Assembly (NCBI GenBank): GCA_015064855.1
Contig: SVRK01000002.1
Coordinates: 117,256-181,255 of the forward strand
DNA: 64,000 bases
DNA from: Oscillospiraceae bacterium
GTDB taxonomy: Bacteria > Bacillota > Clostridia > Oscillospirales > CAG-272
Direction: 5' to 3'
Positions within the stretch are counted from its first letter, which is position 1. Each line of letters starts with the position of its first letter. Positions 1-9,902 of this stretch are shown here, piece by piece. The position numbers and the translations under genes are program-made. The notes below the pieces were generated by a model. The model searched no databases. It had not been told where the DNA came from and worked only from the letters and a program-made list of their open reading frames with translations.

Positions 1-1869
1 CTCGTCCTTTTCCTCTTCGGTCATTTCCTCGTTATCAATGATATCCTTGATTTCGTCCTCAACCTTATCCATTTCTTCCTTGATTTCTTCTTTAGTGTCC
101 TCAGTTATTTCGGACTTGTCAATATCCTCTTCGATTTTGTCAAAGGTATCATCAATGTCTTCCTTGGTGATTTCCTTGTTTTCTTCATCGTTAGGAGTCA
201 TGATTTCGTCTTGGATGAAATCTTCAAGCTCATCTTCAATTTTATCTATTGTATCTTGTAATTCCTTGATCTCATAGATAGCATCTATTATTTCTTTAGT
301 GGAAGCATTGAATTTAGTTTGTATTCTAGCATCTTTCGTATCTATACCAATATTAACATCGTCAAGAACAACCTTTAATTCTGTAAGATTGGTTGTAAAG
401 TTAGCTAGTGCCTTTTCAAGCGCACATGGTAAAGCATCAGGCTTATTAACTTCAGCCTTTGCCTCTTCAATAGCACCGTTTATTGCAGAAATCAAAGCAT
501 CTGCAGTAACTCTTTCTGTAAGAAGGCTATTAGCTAAATCCTTCATTTCGTCTTCAATAGCTGCTTTGCCGTCTTCTATTTTATCATTATCATTGTCCTT
601 TGCGCCACGGTAAAGAATTTCCATTGCTGCACCAAGGTTCTTTGTAATTTCATTGTCCTTTAATGCGTCAATAATAGCCTTAACTTGCTCTTTTTCCTCT
701 TGTACCATGTTTTCGAGGTCCTCAACAGTATCCTTGATTTCCTCTTTCTTTTGCTCTTCCTTTTCCTCGTCGGTCAAGGTTTCGTCCTTTTCGATTTGGT
801 CGAGCTTATTTTCAAGGTCCTTAATTTCTTCCTTGATTTCTTCCTTCTTATCTTCTTCAATTGTAGAATCATCAACTATGTCTTCAATCTTATCGAAGGT
901 TTCCTTGCGCTTTTCTTCCTCTGTCTTATTTGCATCGAAGATTTTGTCAAGCTCCTTTTGACCATTTTCAAGCTCTTCAATAACCTTGTCAACAGTGTCC
1001 TTAAACGCCTTGTCGCCATTTTCAGCCTTGTCTTCAAGATCCTTAATTGCTTGATCAATCTTATCCTTAATTGCATCTTGCTTTTCTTTATCAGTTAAGG
1101 TGTTATCCTTAATAATATCCTCAACCTCTTTATCAAGAGCATCAATTATTTCAAAGATAATGTCCTTGTCTTCTTCCGGAAGCGGAGACTCTTGCATAAC
1201 GTCATAAATGTTTTCAATTGTTTCTTCCCACTTGTCAAGAAGCTCCTTTTGTACAGCACTGCTTTCAGCTGAGCTTTGCATTGAACCATCACTAATGAAT
1301 GGAATGTGTAATGCACCTGCAACTGTTGAAAGCACCATTGTGAATGCCACAATGAGGGAAACAGTTGAAAGAACCTTCTTCTTTGGGATTCTTACAACTA
1401 GGTTTGCTGCATCGAATGCCTTCAAATGCTTTTGAGCATCCTCTCTTTGTAGAAATGCAACGTATGATGGGTCCTCTTGGTATTCCACCATTGTTACAAC
1501 ACGCTCTTCAAGTCCGAGAGAGTCAATAACACCGATAGCTCTTTTTACTCCCTTTCTATATGACTCAACAAATACTGCCAAAGCCATTATAGCGAATATA
1601 AGTAATCCAAGCGTCAATGAAATTGCAGCGATTACTCCTACCAAGAGCCATGCATTGGTAATTACATTAACCACATTAGGGTTTAAATCAAAGGTTAATG
1701 TCCAGTTGCTTTTCAAAACAGCTCTGAATATTACCGCTCCGATTCCAAACAAGATAGCATAAAGCACAGAAGCTATTGAGCCGAGCAACGCACCTGTTGT
1801 GAGAGCTCTAACAATAGACTCTAAAGCCAACTTTTTCTTGTATGGTTTTAATAGTTCATTAAGATTCAT
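1..1869 (-). CDS. Membrane-anchored, highly acidic coiled-coil protein (partial, runs off window start)
   Basis: Not in the ORF track because it is open-ended. ATG at 1869 follows RBS AGGAGG. It reads MNLNELLKPYKKKLALESIVRAL..., has several hydrophobic segments, then a long E/D/K-rich helical region open to position 1. Confidence 0.75.
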   Translation of the reverse strand, partial: MNLNELLKPYKKKLALESIVRALTTGALLGSIASVLYAILFGIGAVIFRAVLKSNWTLTFDLNPNVVNVITNAWLLVGVIAAISLTLGLLIFAIMALAVFVESYRKGVKRAIGVIDSLGLEERVVTMVEYQEDPSYVAFLQREDAQKHLKAFDAANLVVRIPKKKVLSTVSLIVAFTMVLSTVAGALHIPFISDGSMQSSAESSAVQKELLDKWEETIENIYDVMQESPLPEEDKDIIFEIIDALDKEVEDIIKDNTLTDKEKQDAIKDKIDQAIKDLEDKAENGDKAFKDTVDKVIEELENGQKELDKIFDANKTEEEKRKETFDKIEDIVDDSTIEEDKKEEIKEEIKDLENKLDQIEKDETLTDEEKEEQKKEEIKDTVEDLENMVQEEKEQVKAIIDALKDNEITKNLGAAMEILYRGAKDNDNDKIEDGKAAIEDEMKDLANSLLTERVTADALISAINGAIEEAKAEVNKPDALPCALEKALANFTTNLTELKVVLDDVNIGIDTKDARIQTKFNASTKEIIDAIYEIKELQDTIDKIEDELEDFIQDEIMTPNDEENKEITKEDIDDTFDKIEEDIDKSEITEDTKEEIKEEMDKVEDEIKDIIDNEEMTEEEKDE

Positions 1870-2509
1870 AAATTCCTCCTAGAATATATTTACTATTTTA
1901 TTATAACACGCACATTTATAATTTGCAATTGAAAATAAATTTTTGAGTCATTGACGCACATTTTTCGTCACTATGCACAATTTTTCGTTTTTTCAGTGCT
2001 CGAAAAAGACTCCAAAATTATCAATTTTACCCAAACTAAAGCGCATGTTATATCAAAGTTTGAGTAATTTTTCCCATCGAGCAGATCGGCTTTTTGTTTT
2101 TCAAAAGATTTTGCATTTCACGTTTTAACAGCCATAATAAAACGTGTCCACTCTTTCTGCCCGAGTGTGGGGAGGCCCGCAAAGCCCTTTCTTAGTCGGT
2201 TTCACTCCTTTTCTTTAACTTTGTATACGGATTTTGGACTCGAATACTTTAGTATCTACTAAAGGCTATTCTTTTTGCCTTGAGTAGTTTACCATATTAT
2301 TAGCACATTTTGGTAACTAAACGGAAAGTTTCAAAATAGGCTCATAACATTTTCAATACTCTTTCACCAAAATTTCACAATTGAATTTTTGAATTTCAAA
2401 TTTTCGTCTGTTTTTTAGAAAATTTTTCTTTTTTGTTCACATTTGGCCAAGATTTTTGGTATTAAATTCACAATGCGTGAAATCTTATACTTTAAGGGTA
2501 GGTGAAAAA

Positions 2510-3838
2510 ATGATTTTTTCTTGGGTGGTAGAAGAAGCCGAAAGAATTGAGGGTGAAATTATAGCTCACAGACGATTTTTGCACGAAAACGCCGAGTGTG
2601 GATTTGATCTTGAAAAGACCTATAATTATGTTTTCGGCGAGCTTGTACGAATCGGGTACGAGCCAAAAAGATGTGGCAAGGGGGGGATAATTGCCACTGT
2701 TGAAGGAGAAGAAAATGGGATTTTTGCATTCAATTCCTCCGACTTCTCTACTAATTTAGACGACTTTTCGCGTGAAAAGGTTACACATATTTGTAAAAAT
2801 ATTGAAAAGGATGAAATTAATGCAAAAAAATGTATTCTTCTTCGTGCCGATATGGACGCATTAAAAATGGATGAGAATACCGATTTGCCATATAAATCAA
2901 AAAACGGCTGTATGCATTCGTGCGGACATGATTTGCATACAGCTATGCTACTCGGTGCTGCTAAAATCCTATGGAACAATAAGGATAAATTTTCGGGTAC
3001 AGTAAAGCTTATGTTTCAGCCGGCGGAGGAAATTTTAGAGGGTGCGTTAAATATGATCGAAAACGAAGCTTTAGAGAGTCCTACCGTCACCTATGGTGCT
3101 ATGCTTCACGTTTTGACCGACACAGACCAAGAAACCGGGACTCTTTTTGTTCCTCAAGGCGGATATGCCTCTCCTGGTGCTGATTTTTTCAAGATAACGG
3201 TTAAAGGTCAAAGCGCACATGGTGCGATGCCCGAAAAAGCTGTTGACACGATATTGATTGGGGCACACACGATATTAGCGCTTGAAGAATTAATAACGAG
3301 GGAAGCTATTGGAAGCAAAGGAACTGCTTTGACAATAGGAAAAATCGAAGCGGGACAAAGTGCAAATGTAATAGCTGAAGCATTAACCCTCTCGGGGAGC
3401 GTACGCACCTACGATGAAGCTTTAAGAAAAAAATTAATAACCCGAATAAAAGAGATAGCAATGTATCAAGCAAAATGCTTTGGCGGAGATGCCGTGGTCG
3501 AATTTTCTGGGAACGCCCCGACATTAAAAATTGATGAAAATCTCTCAAAAAAGACTTACACGTGTCTAAAAAGCGCATGGGGTTCACTCAAAAGCTACAG
3601 CAAGCTTGAACTACTTCCAAGCGTTTTCTCTACTTCAAATGACGGTGTGAAAATATCAATGGCATCGGAGGATTTTTCACATATTTCTCACAAAATCCCT
3701 TCAGTTATGATTGGTATTTGTGCCGGGAAAACCAAAGAGGGTTACAGCTATCCTTTGCATCATCAATCTACTACATTTGATGAAAAAGCATTGATTTACG
3801 GCACTGTCGCATACACCGTTCTGGGCATCAATCTATAA
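2510..3838 (+). CDS. M20 family amidohydrolase (N-acyl-amino acid amidohydrolase / hippuricase-like)
   Basis: Motifs LRADMDAL, MHSCGHDLH, FQPAEE, G-H-G-P and SEDF, YPLHH. The ATG at 2510 behind AGGTG is preferred over the track start at 2456. Confidence 0.9.
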   Translation: MIFSWVVEEAERIEGEIIAHRRFLHENAECGFDLEKTYNYVFGELVRIGYEPKRCGKGGIIATVEGEENGIFAFNSSDFSTNLDDFSREKVTHICKNIEKDEINAKKCILLRADMDALKMDENTDLPYKSKNGCMHSCGHDLHTAMLLGAAKILWNNKDKFSGTVKLMFQPAEEILEGALNMIENEALESPTVTYGAMLHVLTDTDQETGTLFVPQGGYASPGADFFKITVKGQSAHGAMPEKAVDTILIGAHTILALEELITREAIGSKGTALTIGKIEAGQSANVIAEALTLSGSVRTYDEALRKKLITRIKEIAMYQAKCFGGDAVVEFSGNAPTLKIDENLSKKTYTCLKSAWGSLKSYSKLELLPSVFSTSNDGVKISMASEDFSHISHKIPSVMIGICAGKTKEGYSYPLHHQSTTFDEKALIYGTVAYTVLGINL

Positions 3839-3878
3839 ATAAAAATCGACGGTTGAAAAAAGAACCGTCGATTTTTAT
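3839..3878. terminator. Bidirectional intrinsic terminator
   Basis: Hairpin aaaaatcgacggtt-loop-aaccgtcgattttt between convergent genes. Confidence 0.85.
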
Positions 3879-5048
3879 TTATTTAAAATTGTAATCAAGC
3901 CCTACATAATTGAGCTCGTCTTGATAATTTTTTATATTTTTTGCAGAAAGCGCGTCTAAATTTCGCTTTTTTCTCAATATTTTTTTAGGATTGAATATAA
4001 CAGAAATCCATCTAAATACCCATGTCAACGGATAAAGAATAGAAACCCTTGAAAGAAACTTATACTCCTGCTTCATATCCTGAAATGATGGAAAAATGCT
4101 TCTTAATAGTGCTTTCCTTCTTACATTCTTGGTTTTTTTGGATATTTTAACACCCTCTGAAAGCACGTGTGCTTCATAAGTACCATACGCACCGCCGCTA
4201 AATATTTTGTGTGTCATATGCGCTGTAATTTCATCGCATTCCTTATCATAGAACCAAACGTCAATAAGGCTTTTTGTGTTTTTCCAAAATTCCAAAAGCT
4301 TTAGCTTTTTCAACTCACATTCTACATATTTCCAATTTATATCAGTATACTTTTTGAGATACATATAAAAGTCAGTAATATGCTTAATGCCTATTCCAGC
4401 ATCGCGATAGTGCTTTGCGTAATGAACGAATATATATATTAGCTCGTCCTCTTTTTGCATTCTGTATTTGCTTTCGCTTCCGTTTTCAAGGCACGCAAGC
4501 TTCCAGCCATCGCCAAAATAAGCGTAATAATCCTTATTGTAGGAAGGAATGAGTCGCTTGTGAAGTTCTATGTGAGTGTTTTTCTTCTCCCAAACGTATT
4601 CGTGGTCACTCTCAACTATTTCCTTATATCCGTTTTCAAGCATTATCTTTTTTTGACGCTCATATTGCTCGGATCTAACAAGAATATCCGCATCGCTCAT
4701 AAGACGCATTTCCATATGTGGGTAAAGGTCTCTTATAACCGCGCCCTTCAACGGCATGTGGTCGATTTTTTTCTCGTTAAATGCGCTCAAAATTCTGTCA
4801 AATTCTGCCTTTTGATTTTGGCAGATAAAGGAGTATGTTACAAAGGACTTAAGGAATTTTTTACCCGCCATAGTGTCAAATACACCGGGTATTTTTTCAA
4901 TTCCATAATACAAAAGTGGCGTTATTTGCATTTTTTGGGAGAAGTCGTAAACGACCTCTAAATCAAGTCCTTCACTAATGCTCGGTGCAGTCCCGTCCAG
5001 CGAGGACTTAACTAACGCAATTATATTTTTTTCAAAAGAATTTAGCAT
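3879..5048 (-). CDS. Nucleotidyltransferase family protein (NTP_transf_5-like)
   Basis: PLKGAVIRDLYP...RLMSDADILV and IELHKRL motifs; last gene of the polysaccharide operon. Confidence 0.75.
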   Translation of the reverse strand: MLNSFEKNIIALVKSSLDGTAPSISEGLDLEVVYDFSQKMQITPLLYYGIEKIPGVFDTMAGKKFLKSFVTYSFICQNQKAEFDRILSAFNEKKIDHMPLKGAVIRDLYPHMEMRLMSDADILVRSEQYERQKKIMLENGYKEIVESDHEYVWEKKNTHIELHKRLIPSYNKDYYAYFGDGWKLACLENGSESKYRMQKEDELIYIFVHYAKHYRDAGIGIKHITDFYMYLKKYTDINWKYVECELKKLKLLEFWKNTKSLIDVWFYDKECDEITAHMTHKIFSGGAYGTYEAHVLSEGVKISKKTKNVRRKALLRSIFPSFQDMKQEYKFLSRVSILYPLTWVFRWISVIFNPKKILRKKRNLDALSAKNIKNYQDELNYVGLDYNFK

Positions 5049-5072
5049 CTTAAATCCTCACTTTCTTTAAAA

Positions 5073-7973
5073 TTAAACGTAAAATTCAGAGTCCCAAACC
5101 TCGACCCCAGAGCCCTCAAACACACTGTCAAGTCGCTCCCTTAGGTCTTCTCTTGTTATGCCCTTTTTCATAATTACTTGTAAAAATCCGCCACCGCCGG
5201 CACCACAAATCATCTTTCCGTCAATTAAATCATCAATAGATATAAATATTTGGTCGATACAAGTGTTTGTACTACCGCTATCCAGCTTTTTCGAAAGTTC
5301 CCAGTGTTGATTTAAAAGCTCGGCAAAAGCAGTTACATTGCCCTTTTCTAATGTCGCCTTCATAACCATAGAAAGCCTTTGAATTTCTGACAAGGCACTT
5401 ACAGATTGCTTGTTTGAGGCAATATATTTACCAACGACATCGCGCAAGAGGTTTCTTGCCAAGCGCCTTTGTCCTGTATAGATAATAGCATATCTTTTAT
5501 TAAGCTCATCTACTGTCGAATCTGAAATATTCAGTTCCACACACTTAACGTCTTGCTTTATGCCCTTTTCCGAATAAACAAATTTAAATCCCTTGGTAAG
5601 ACCTCCAACTTGATCTTGCCAGCCGCCTCCGGTTGACATAATCTGCTCCATCCACATTACTCTTTCGTAAATTTCCTCGTTTTGAAGCTTCTCACCGAAA
5701 AACTCGGCAAGTCCCTTGATGCAAGCCGCCGAAAGAATCGAGCTGGTACCAAGTCCGGAGCCACGCGGAATATCTATTGCACGAGTGGAAAGATATACAC
5801 CTCCGCCAACTCTTGTTAAAATGCTTTCAAGGTTTACCTCGCCTTTATGTGGGATAAGACCTGATGCTATAAGCGCTGACTTGTGAAGTGCGAATGGATC
5901 ACCCGGGTCTTGACAGCGTTGAAGCGCCTCGGTTGAATAAAATTCAGCACTGGCATCACTATCCGCGCTTGCCAAAACCACCTTTTTTTCATCAAGCCTT
6001 CTTACAATTACCTCTATAGGGAATTCGCCGTTCAGCTTTATTGCGGCATTGAGCACGTTTCCACCGTTTTCAATACAGTAAGGCGGTGTGTCCGACCAAC
6101 CGCCACCGAAATTTACTCTGACAGGAAGTCGTGTTTCTACCTCACCTTGTAAGATTTTCAAGCTTTGATTATAAAGCTCCTTAGTTTGAGTCTTTAACAT
6201 TGCTTGACAGATTATATCAAAGCATTTTTTCAAATATATTTCATTAGTATCATCAGCTATAAGCTGTGACAAGCAATAATATATTCTGATTTTTCTTGAA
6301 AACTGTTCAAGGCACGTGTCATCGAGCGAGTTGGCAATCTTTAAAAGATAATCAACTATTCTCTTTGCCACGCCATCTTTAAATATAGATTTAAGTGAAG
6401 ATAAATCATTTCTATTATCTATCGCCTCAAGTATTGTTTCAACCTTTATTCTGTCATCAAGCTTCGCCTGCCACATTGGAATTGCGCTTGTGTCAGCAAG
6501 GTTAAAGCTTTCAGCTAAAGAGAGTGCATTTTCTGATTTTCGCCCACCCAGTGTCGATTTTAGAGCCTCTTCGATAGTTTTGCATGGCACAAAAAGCTTG
6601 CTTGTCCAAAGTGGCTCATCAAGTTTTTCGCCCATCCACATTGTCTCTTTTGGGTTGTCGTCAACGCCATACATTCTAACAACGAATGTACCATCCTTAA
6701 GCTTAAGTCCGTGTAAAACAGTGTTGTCAGGAATCGTCTCGCCGGACAAGGTAACACCACTAATTACGCAATTTCTGCCAATTGTTGTGTTTCTGTGAAT
6801 GTAGCTGTCCTCAATATACGAACCGCGTCCCACCGTTGCATTCTTAACGCTTATATATGAATTAGAGGAGGCAAACGCTATGTTTTTACTATTTGTATTT
6901 ACATTGCTAGACCAATCAAGATACGCATATTCCGGCATATCCTTTGTCATAAGCTTTAAAAGCTCCTTGGTTGTGCCAAAATGTATAAACGAAGCAGGTG
7001 AAAAACGAAGCAAGCGCATTTTGTACCCGCTAAGCTTGTTCCATATTTGCTCTCTACATTTTTTTAGTTCAGGTGAAAATTCACCCTCGGGTGTTTCGTT
7101 ATAAAAGTCTTCAAGAGTAGATGATGATGCTAGCGGATAAAGAAAATCTGCATAGAATGATAGACGTACATGGTCGTTTACATACTCATTGAATTTCTTT
7201 TCCGTATCGACTAGAGAATAGAGGTCATTAAGAAGGTTTGCTTCAAAAACAACCGCCCCTGTGTCGATATCAACGTTATTATTCTTATCAACTGCACCAT
7301 ATTCTTCTAGCTTTTCAACGCTTTGCTTATGCAAAAATCTCTCAACGTCTCCATTTGAATTACCTAGGAAAACGCCATGATTCTTACCTGTTTGAACATT
7401 CTCCTTGATTGAAAGCGCCATGGCCCCCTTGGAGTAGAAATCGAGCTGTAAGGGATTAAAAAGAAGCAGAACGTCTCCCGAGCAAACGAGCATACCACTG
7501 CTCATTCTCGCAGGAACACCTGTCATTCCTATAATAAATTCGTCAAAAAGAGTCGAGCGTCGTCCGTCAAGAAGCTCACGCGGAACAGGTGAAAAGAGCT
7601 TTCCGCAAGCTGAATATTGAGGAACTCTTTTTGAGTCTCCGCCAGAGTGGATACAAAGAATTTTTATTCCTGTAAAATCATTACTGCCACGATGATTTGC
7701 TATGTATTTGAGCACATTCAAGGTCGCACCGCCTGAGCCAACACGTTTTCCGTCAGGGTCGGGAATGACAGCATAGTGAGTTTTACTTGGAAGCCTACCA
7801 GTCTTTAATCGGCTAGCAATTTGCAGACGATAAAAATCTGCCTGTGCTTCATTAGAGGCGGTCAAGACAATATAATCCCATAACGGATATTTTTCTTTTT
7901 TCAGCGACTTTTCATATTCCTCGTAAGAATCGATATACGATTGTCTTAAGAATAGGTTTTTGTATCTACGCAT
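5073..7973 (-). CDS. fkp: Bifunctional L-fucokinase / fucose-1-phosphate guanylyltransferase
   Basis: N-terminal DPDGKRVGSGGAT and HSGGDSKRVP pyrophosphorylase motifs. C-terminal GHMP kinase motifs LPVRVNFGGGWSDTPP, PRGSGLGTSS, GGGWQDQ and GAGGGGF. Start at 7973 (RBS GGAG) avoids overlap with rmlB. Confidence 0.9.
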   Translation of the reverse strand: MRRYKNLFLRQSYIDSYEEYEKSLKKEKYPLWDYIVLTASNEAQADFYRLQIASRLKTGRLPSKTHYAVIPDPDGKRVGSGGATLNVLKYIANHRGSNDFTGIKILCIHSGGDSKRVPQYSACGKLFSPVPRELLDGRRSTLFDEFIIGMTGVPARMSSGMLVCSGDVLLLFNPLQLDFYSKGAMALSIKENVQTGKNHGVFLGNSNGDVERFLHKQSVEKLEEYGAVDKNNNVDIDTGAVVFEANLLNDLYSLVDTEKKFNEYVNDHVRLSFYADFLYPLASSSTLEDFYNETPEGEFSPELKKCREQIWNKLSGYKMRLLRFSPASFIHFGTTKELLKLMTKDMPEYAYLDWSSNVNTNSKNIAFASSNSYISVKNATVGRGSYIEDSYIHRNTTIGRNCVISGVTLSGETIPDNTVLHGLKLKDGTFVVRMYGVDDNPKETMWMGEKLDEPLWTSKLFVPCKTIEEALKSTLGGRKSENALSLAESFNLADTSAIPMWQAKLDDRIKVETILEAIDNRNDLSSLKSIFKDGVAKRIVDYLLKIANSLDDTCLEQFSRKIRIYYCLSQLIADDTNEIYLKKCFDIICQAMLKTQTKELYNQSLKILQGEVETRLPVRVNFGGGWSDTPPYCIENGGNVLNAAIKLNGEFPIEVIVRRLDEKKVVLASADSDASAEFYSTEALQRCQDPGDPFALHKSALIASGLIPHKGEVNLESILTRVGGGVYLSTRAIDIPRGSGLGTSSILSAACIKGLAEFFGEKLQNEEIYERVMWMEQIMSTGGGWQDQVGGLTKGFKFVYSEKGIKQDVKCVELNISDSTVDELNKRYAIIYTGQRRLARNLLRDVVGKYIASNKQSVSALSEIQRLSMVMKATLEKGNVTAFAELLNQHWELSKKLDSGSTNTCIDQIFISIDDLIDGKMICGAGGGGFLQVIMKKGITREDLRERLDSVFEGSGVEVWDSEFYV

Positions 7974-7999
7974 GGCTTTCTCCAAAAAATATAGTAATT

Positions 8000-9019
8000 T
8001 TATCTGTTTTTGTACATCTTTTCGTAGTAATTTTGGTATTCGCCAGAAATTATGGTTTCCCACCATTCTCTGTTTTCGAGATACCACTTAATTGTTATGT
8101 CTATTCCGTCTTTAAATTTGGTTTCAGGTAACCAACCAAGCTCGTTGTGGATTTTTGTCGGGTCGATTGCATATCGCATATCGTGTCCCTTTCTATCGGC
8201 AACATAAGTAATTAAATCCTCACTCTTTCCAAGCTTTTGGCAAATTAATCTAACTATATCTATATTGGTCATTTCGTTATGTCCGCCAACGTTATAAACC
8301 TCGCCAACTCTGCCCTTATGAATTATCAAATCAATCGCCTTGCAGTGGTCCTCAACGTAGAGCCAATCGCGCACATTTTCGCCTTTTCCGTACACAGGTA
8401 GGGGTTTTTCGTTCAAAGCGTTAGCAATCATAAGTGGAATTAGCTTCTCTGGGAAATGATATGGGCCGTAGTTATTTGAGCATCTTGAAATAGTTACAGG
8501 AAGCCCATAGGTTCTATAATAAGCCAGAACCAAAAGGTCAGCGCCCGCCTTTGAGGAGCTATATGGACTGCTTGTATGAATAGGAGTTTCCTCTGTGAAA
8601 AACAGGTCAGGTCTATCCAGTGGTAAATCTCCATAAACCTCGTCAGTTGACACCTGATGATAACGGTCGATACCATATTTACGACATGCATCCATCAAAA
8701 CCTGAGCGCCTAAAATATTTGTCTTTAGAAACACCTCGGGATTGTCTATTGAACGGTCAACGTGACTTTCCGCCGCAAAGTTGACAACAATATTTGGCTT
8801 TTCATCCTCAAATATCTTGTAGATAGCCTCGCGGTCGCAAATGTTAGTTTTATAGAACTTAAAATTTGGGTTTTTGAGTGCCTTTTCAAGCGTTGAAAGA
8901 TTGCCCGCATATGTCAAGCAGTCTACACAAACAATTTTATAATCACTATATTTACCAAGCATATGGTAAACGAAGTTGGAGCCGATAAAGCCCGCACCGC
9001 CTGTTACAATAATTGTCAT
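8000..9019 (-). CDS. rmlB: dTDP-glucose 4,6-dehydratase
   Basis: VTGGAGFIGSNF, FAAESHVDRS, STDEVYG, PYSSSK motifs. Confidence 0.97.
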   Translation of the reverse strand: MTIIVTGGAGFIGSNFVYHMLGKYSDYKIVCVDCLTYAGNLSTLEKALKNPNFKFYKTNICDREAIYKIFEDEKPNIVVNFAAESHVDRSIDNPEVFLKTNILGAQVLMDACRKYGIDRYHQVSTDEVYGDLPLDRPDLFFTEETPIHTSSPYSSSKAGADLLVLAYYRTYGLPVTISRCSNNYGPYHFPEKLIPLMIANALNEKPLPVYGKGENVRDWLYVEDHCKAIDLIIHKGRVGEVYNVGGHNEMTNIDIVRLICQKLGKSEDLITYVADRKGHDMRYAIDPTKIHNELGWLPETKFKDGIDITIKWYLENREWWETIISGEYQNYYEKMYKNR

Positions 9020-9020
9020 A

Positions 9021-9893
9021 TTAATTTCCTTCCTTTGCTAAAGAAATAAGGTATTGCCCATATTCGGTCATTTTCAATTTTTCGCCAAGCGCAAGAAGCT
9101 GCTCAGTGGAAATAAAGCCACGTCTCCAAGCAATTTCTTCTATACAAGAAACATAGAAGCCTTGACAGTCCTGAACTGTTTTTACAAATTCGGACGCCTT
9201 GAGCATACCCTCTGGTGTGCCGGTGTCAAGCCATGCCATGCCTCTGCCAAGAAGCGCAACCTTTAACTCGCCCATTTCTCTATACGCGTTATTTACTGCT
9301 GTTATTTCGATTTCTCCGCGAGCAGATGGCTTAACGTTTTTAGCAATCTCTACTACTCTATTATCGTAGAAGTAAAGACCAGGAACTGCATAATTCGACT
9401 TTGGATTTTGCGGTTTTTCCTCTATTGAAATAACGTTCTTGTTTTCATCAAATTCAACTACGCCAAAAGCGCGTGGGTCCTTTACAGGATAACCAAAAAT
9501 AGTCGCCCCTGTGTCGTTTTTCATAGCTTCTTTTAGTATTTTTGTTAGGTTCGGACCGTAGAAAACATTGTCGCCAAGGATTAGGCAAACGCTATCGTTT
9601 CCAATATGCTCTTCACCTAAAATAAATGCATCGGCAAGTCCGCGTGGGCTTTCCTGTACCTTATAGGAAATTTTAATTCCGATTTCCTCGCCTGTGCCGA
9701 GCAGCTTTTCATAAACAGGAGTATCCTCGGGCGTTGAAATTATAAGAATGTCGTTTATTCCTGCAAGTAATAAAATTGATAACGGATAATAAACAAGTGG
9801 CTTATCGTAAATTGGCAAAAGCTGCTTCGATACCGCCTTTGTCATTGGGTATAGTCTTGTACCCTTTCCGCCCGCTAAAATAATACCCTTCAT
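9021..9893 (-). CDS. rmlA: Glucose-1-phosphate thymidylyltransferase
   Basis: [33 protein letters not shown] motifs. Confidence 0.97.
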   Translation of the reverse strand: MKGIILAGGKGTRLYPMTKAVSKQLLPIYDKPLVYYPLSILLLAGINDILIISTPEDTPVYEKLLGTGEEIGIKISYKVQESPRGLADAFILGEEHIGNDSVCLILGDNVFYGPNLTKILKEAMKNDTGATIFGYPVKDPRAFGVVEFDENKNVISIEEKPQNPKSNYAVPGLYFYDNRVVEIAKNVKPSARGEIEITAVNNAYREMGELKVALLGRGMAWLDTGTPEGMLKASEFVKTVQDCQGFYVSCIEEIAWRRGFISTEQLLALGEKLKMTEYGQYLISLAKEGN

Positions 9894-9902
9894 ATGTACT
9901 CC

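Noticed and set aside
38-1435. Plus-strand Ser/Leu/Phe-rich ORFs
   Set aside because: Antisense shadows of the acidic minus-strand CDS.
2700-2830. ~35-aa insertion in the M20 amidohydrolase
   Set aside because: Falls in a variable loop before RADMDAL; catalytic motifs are intact, and nothing suggests a mobile insert or intein.
7974-8087. N-terminal extension of fkp given by the ORF track
   Set aside because: Overlaps the rmlB 3' end; an RBS-supported ATG lies at 7973.
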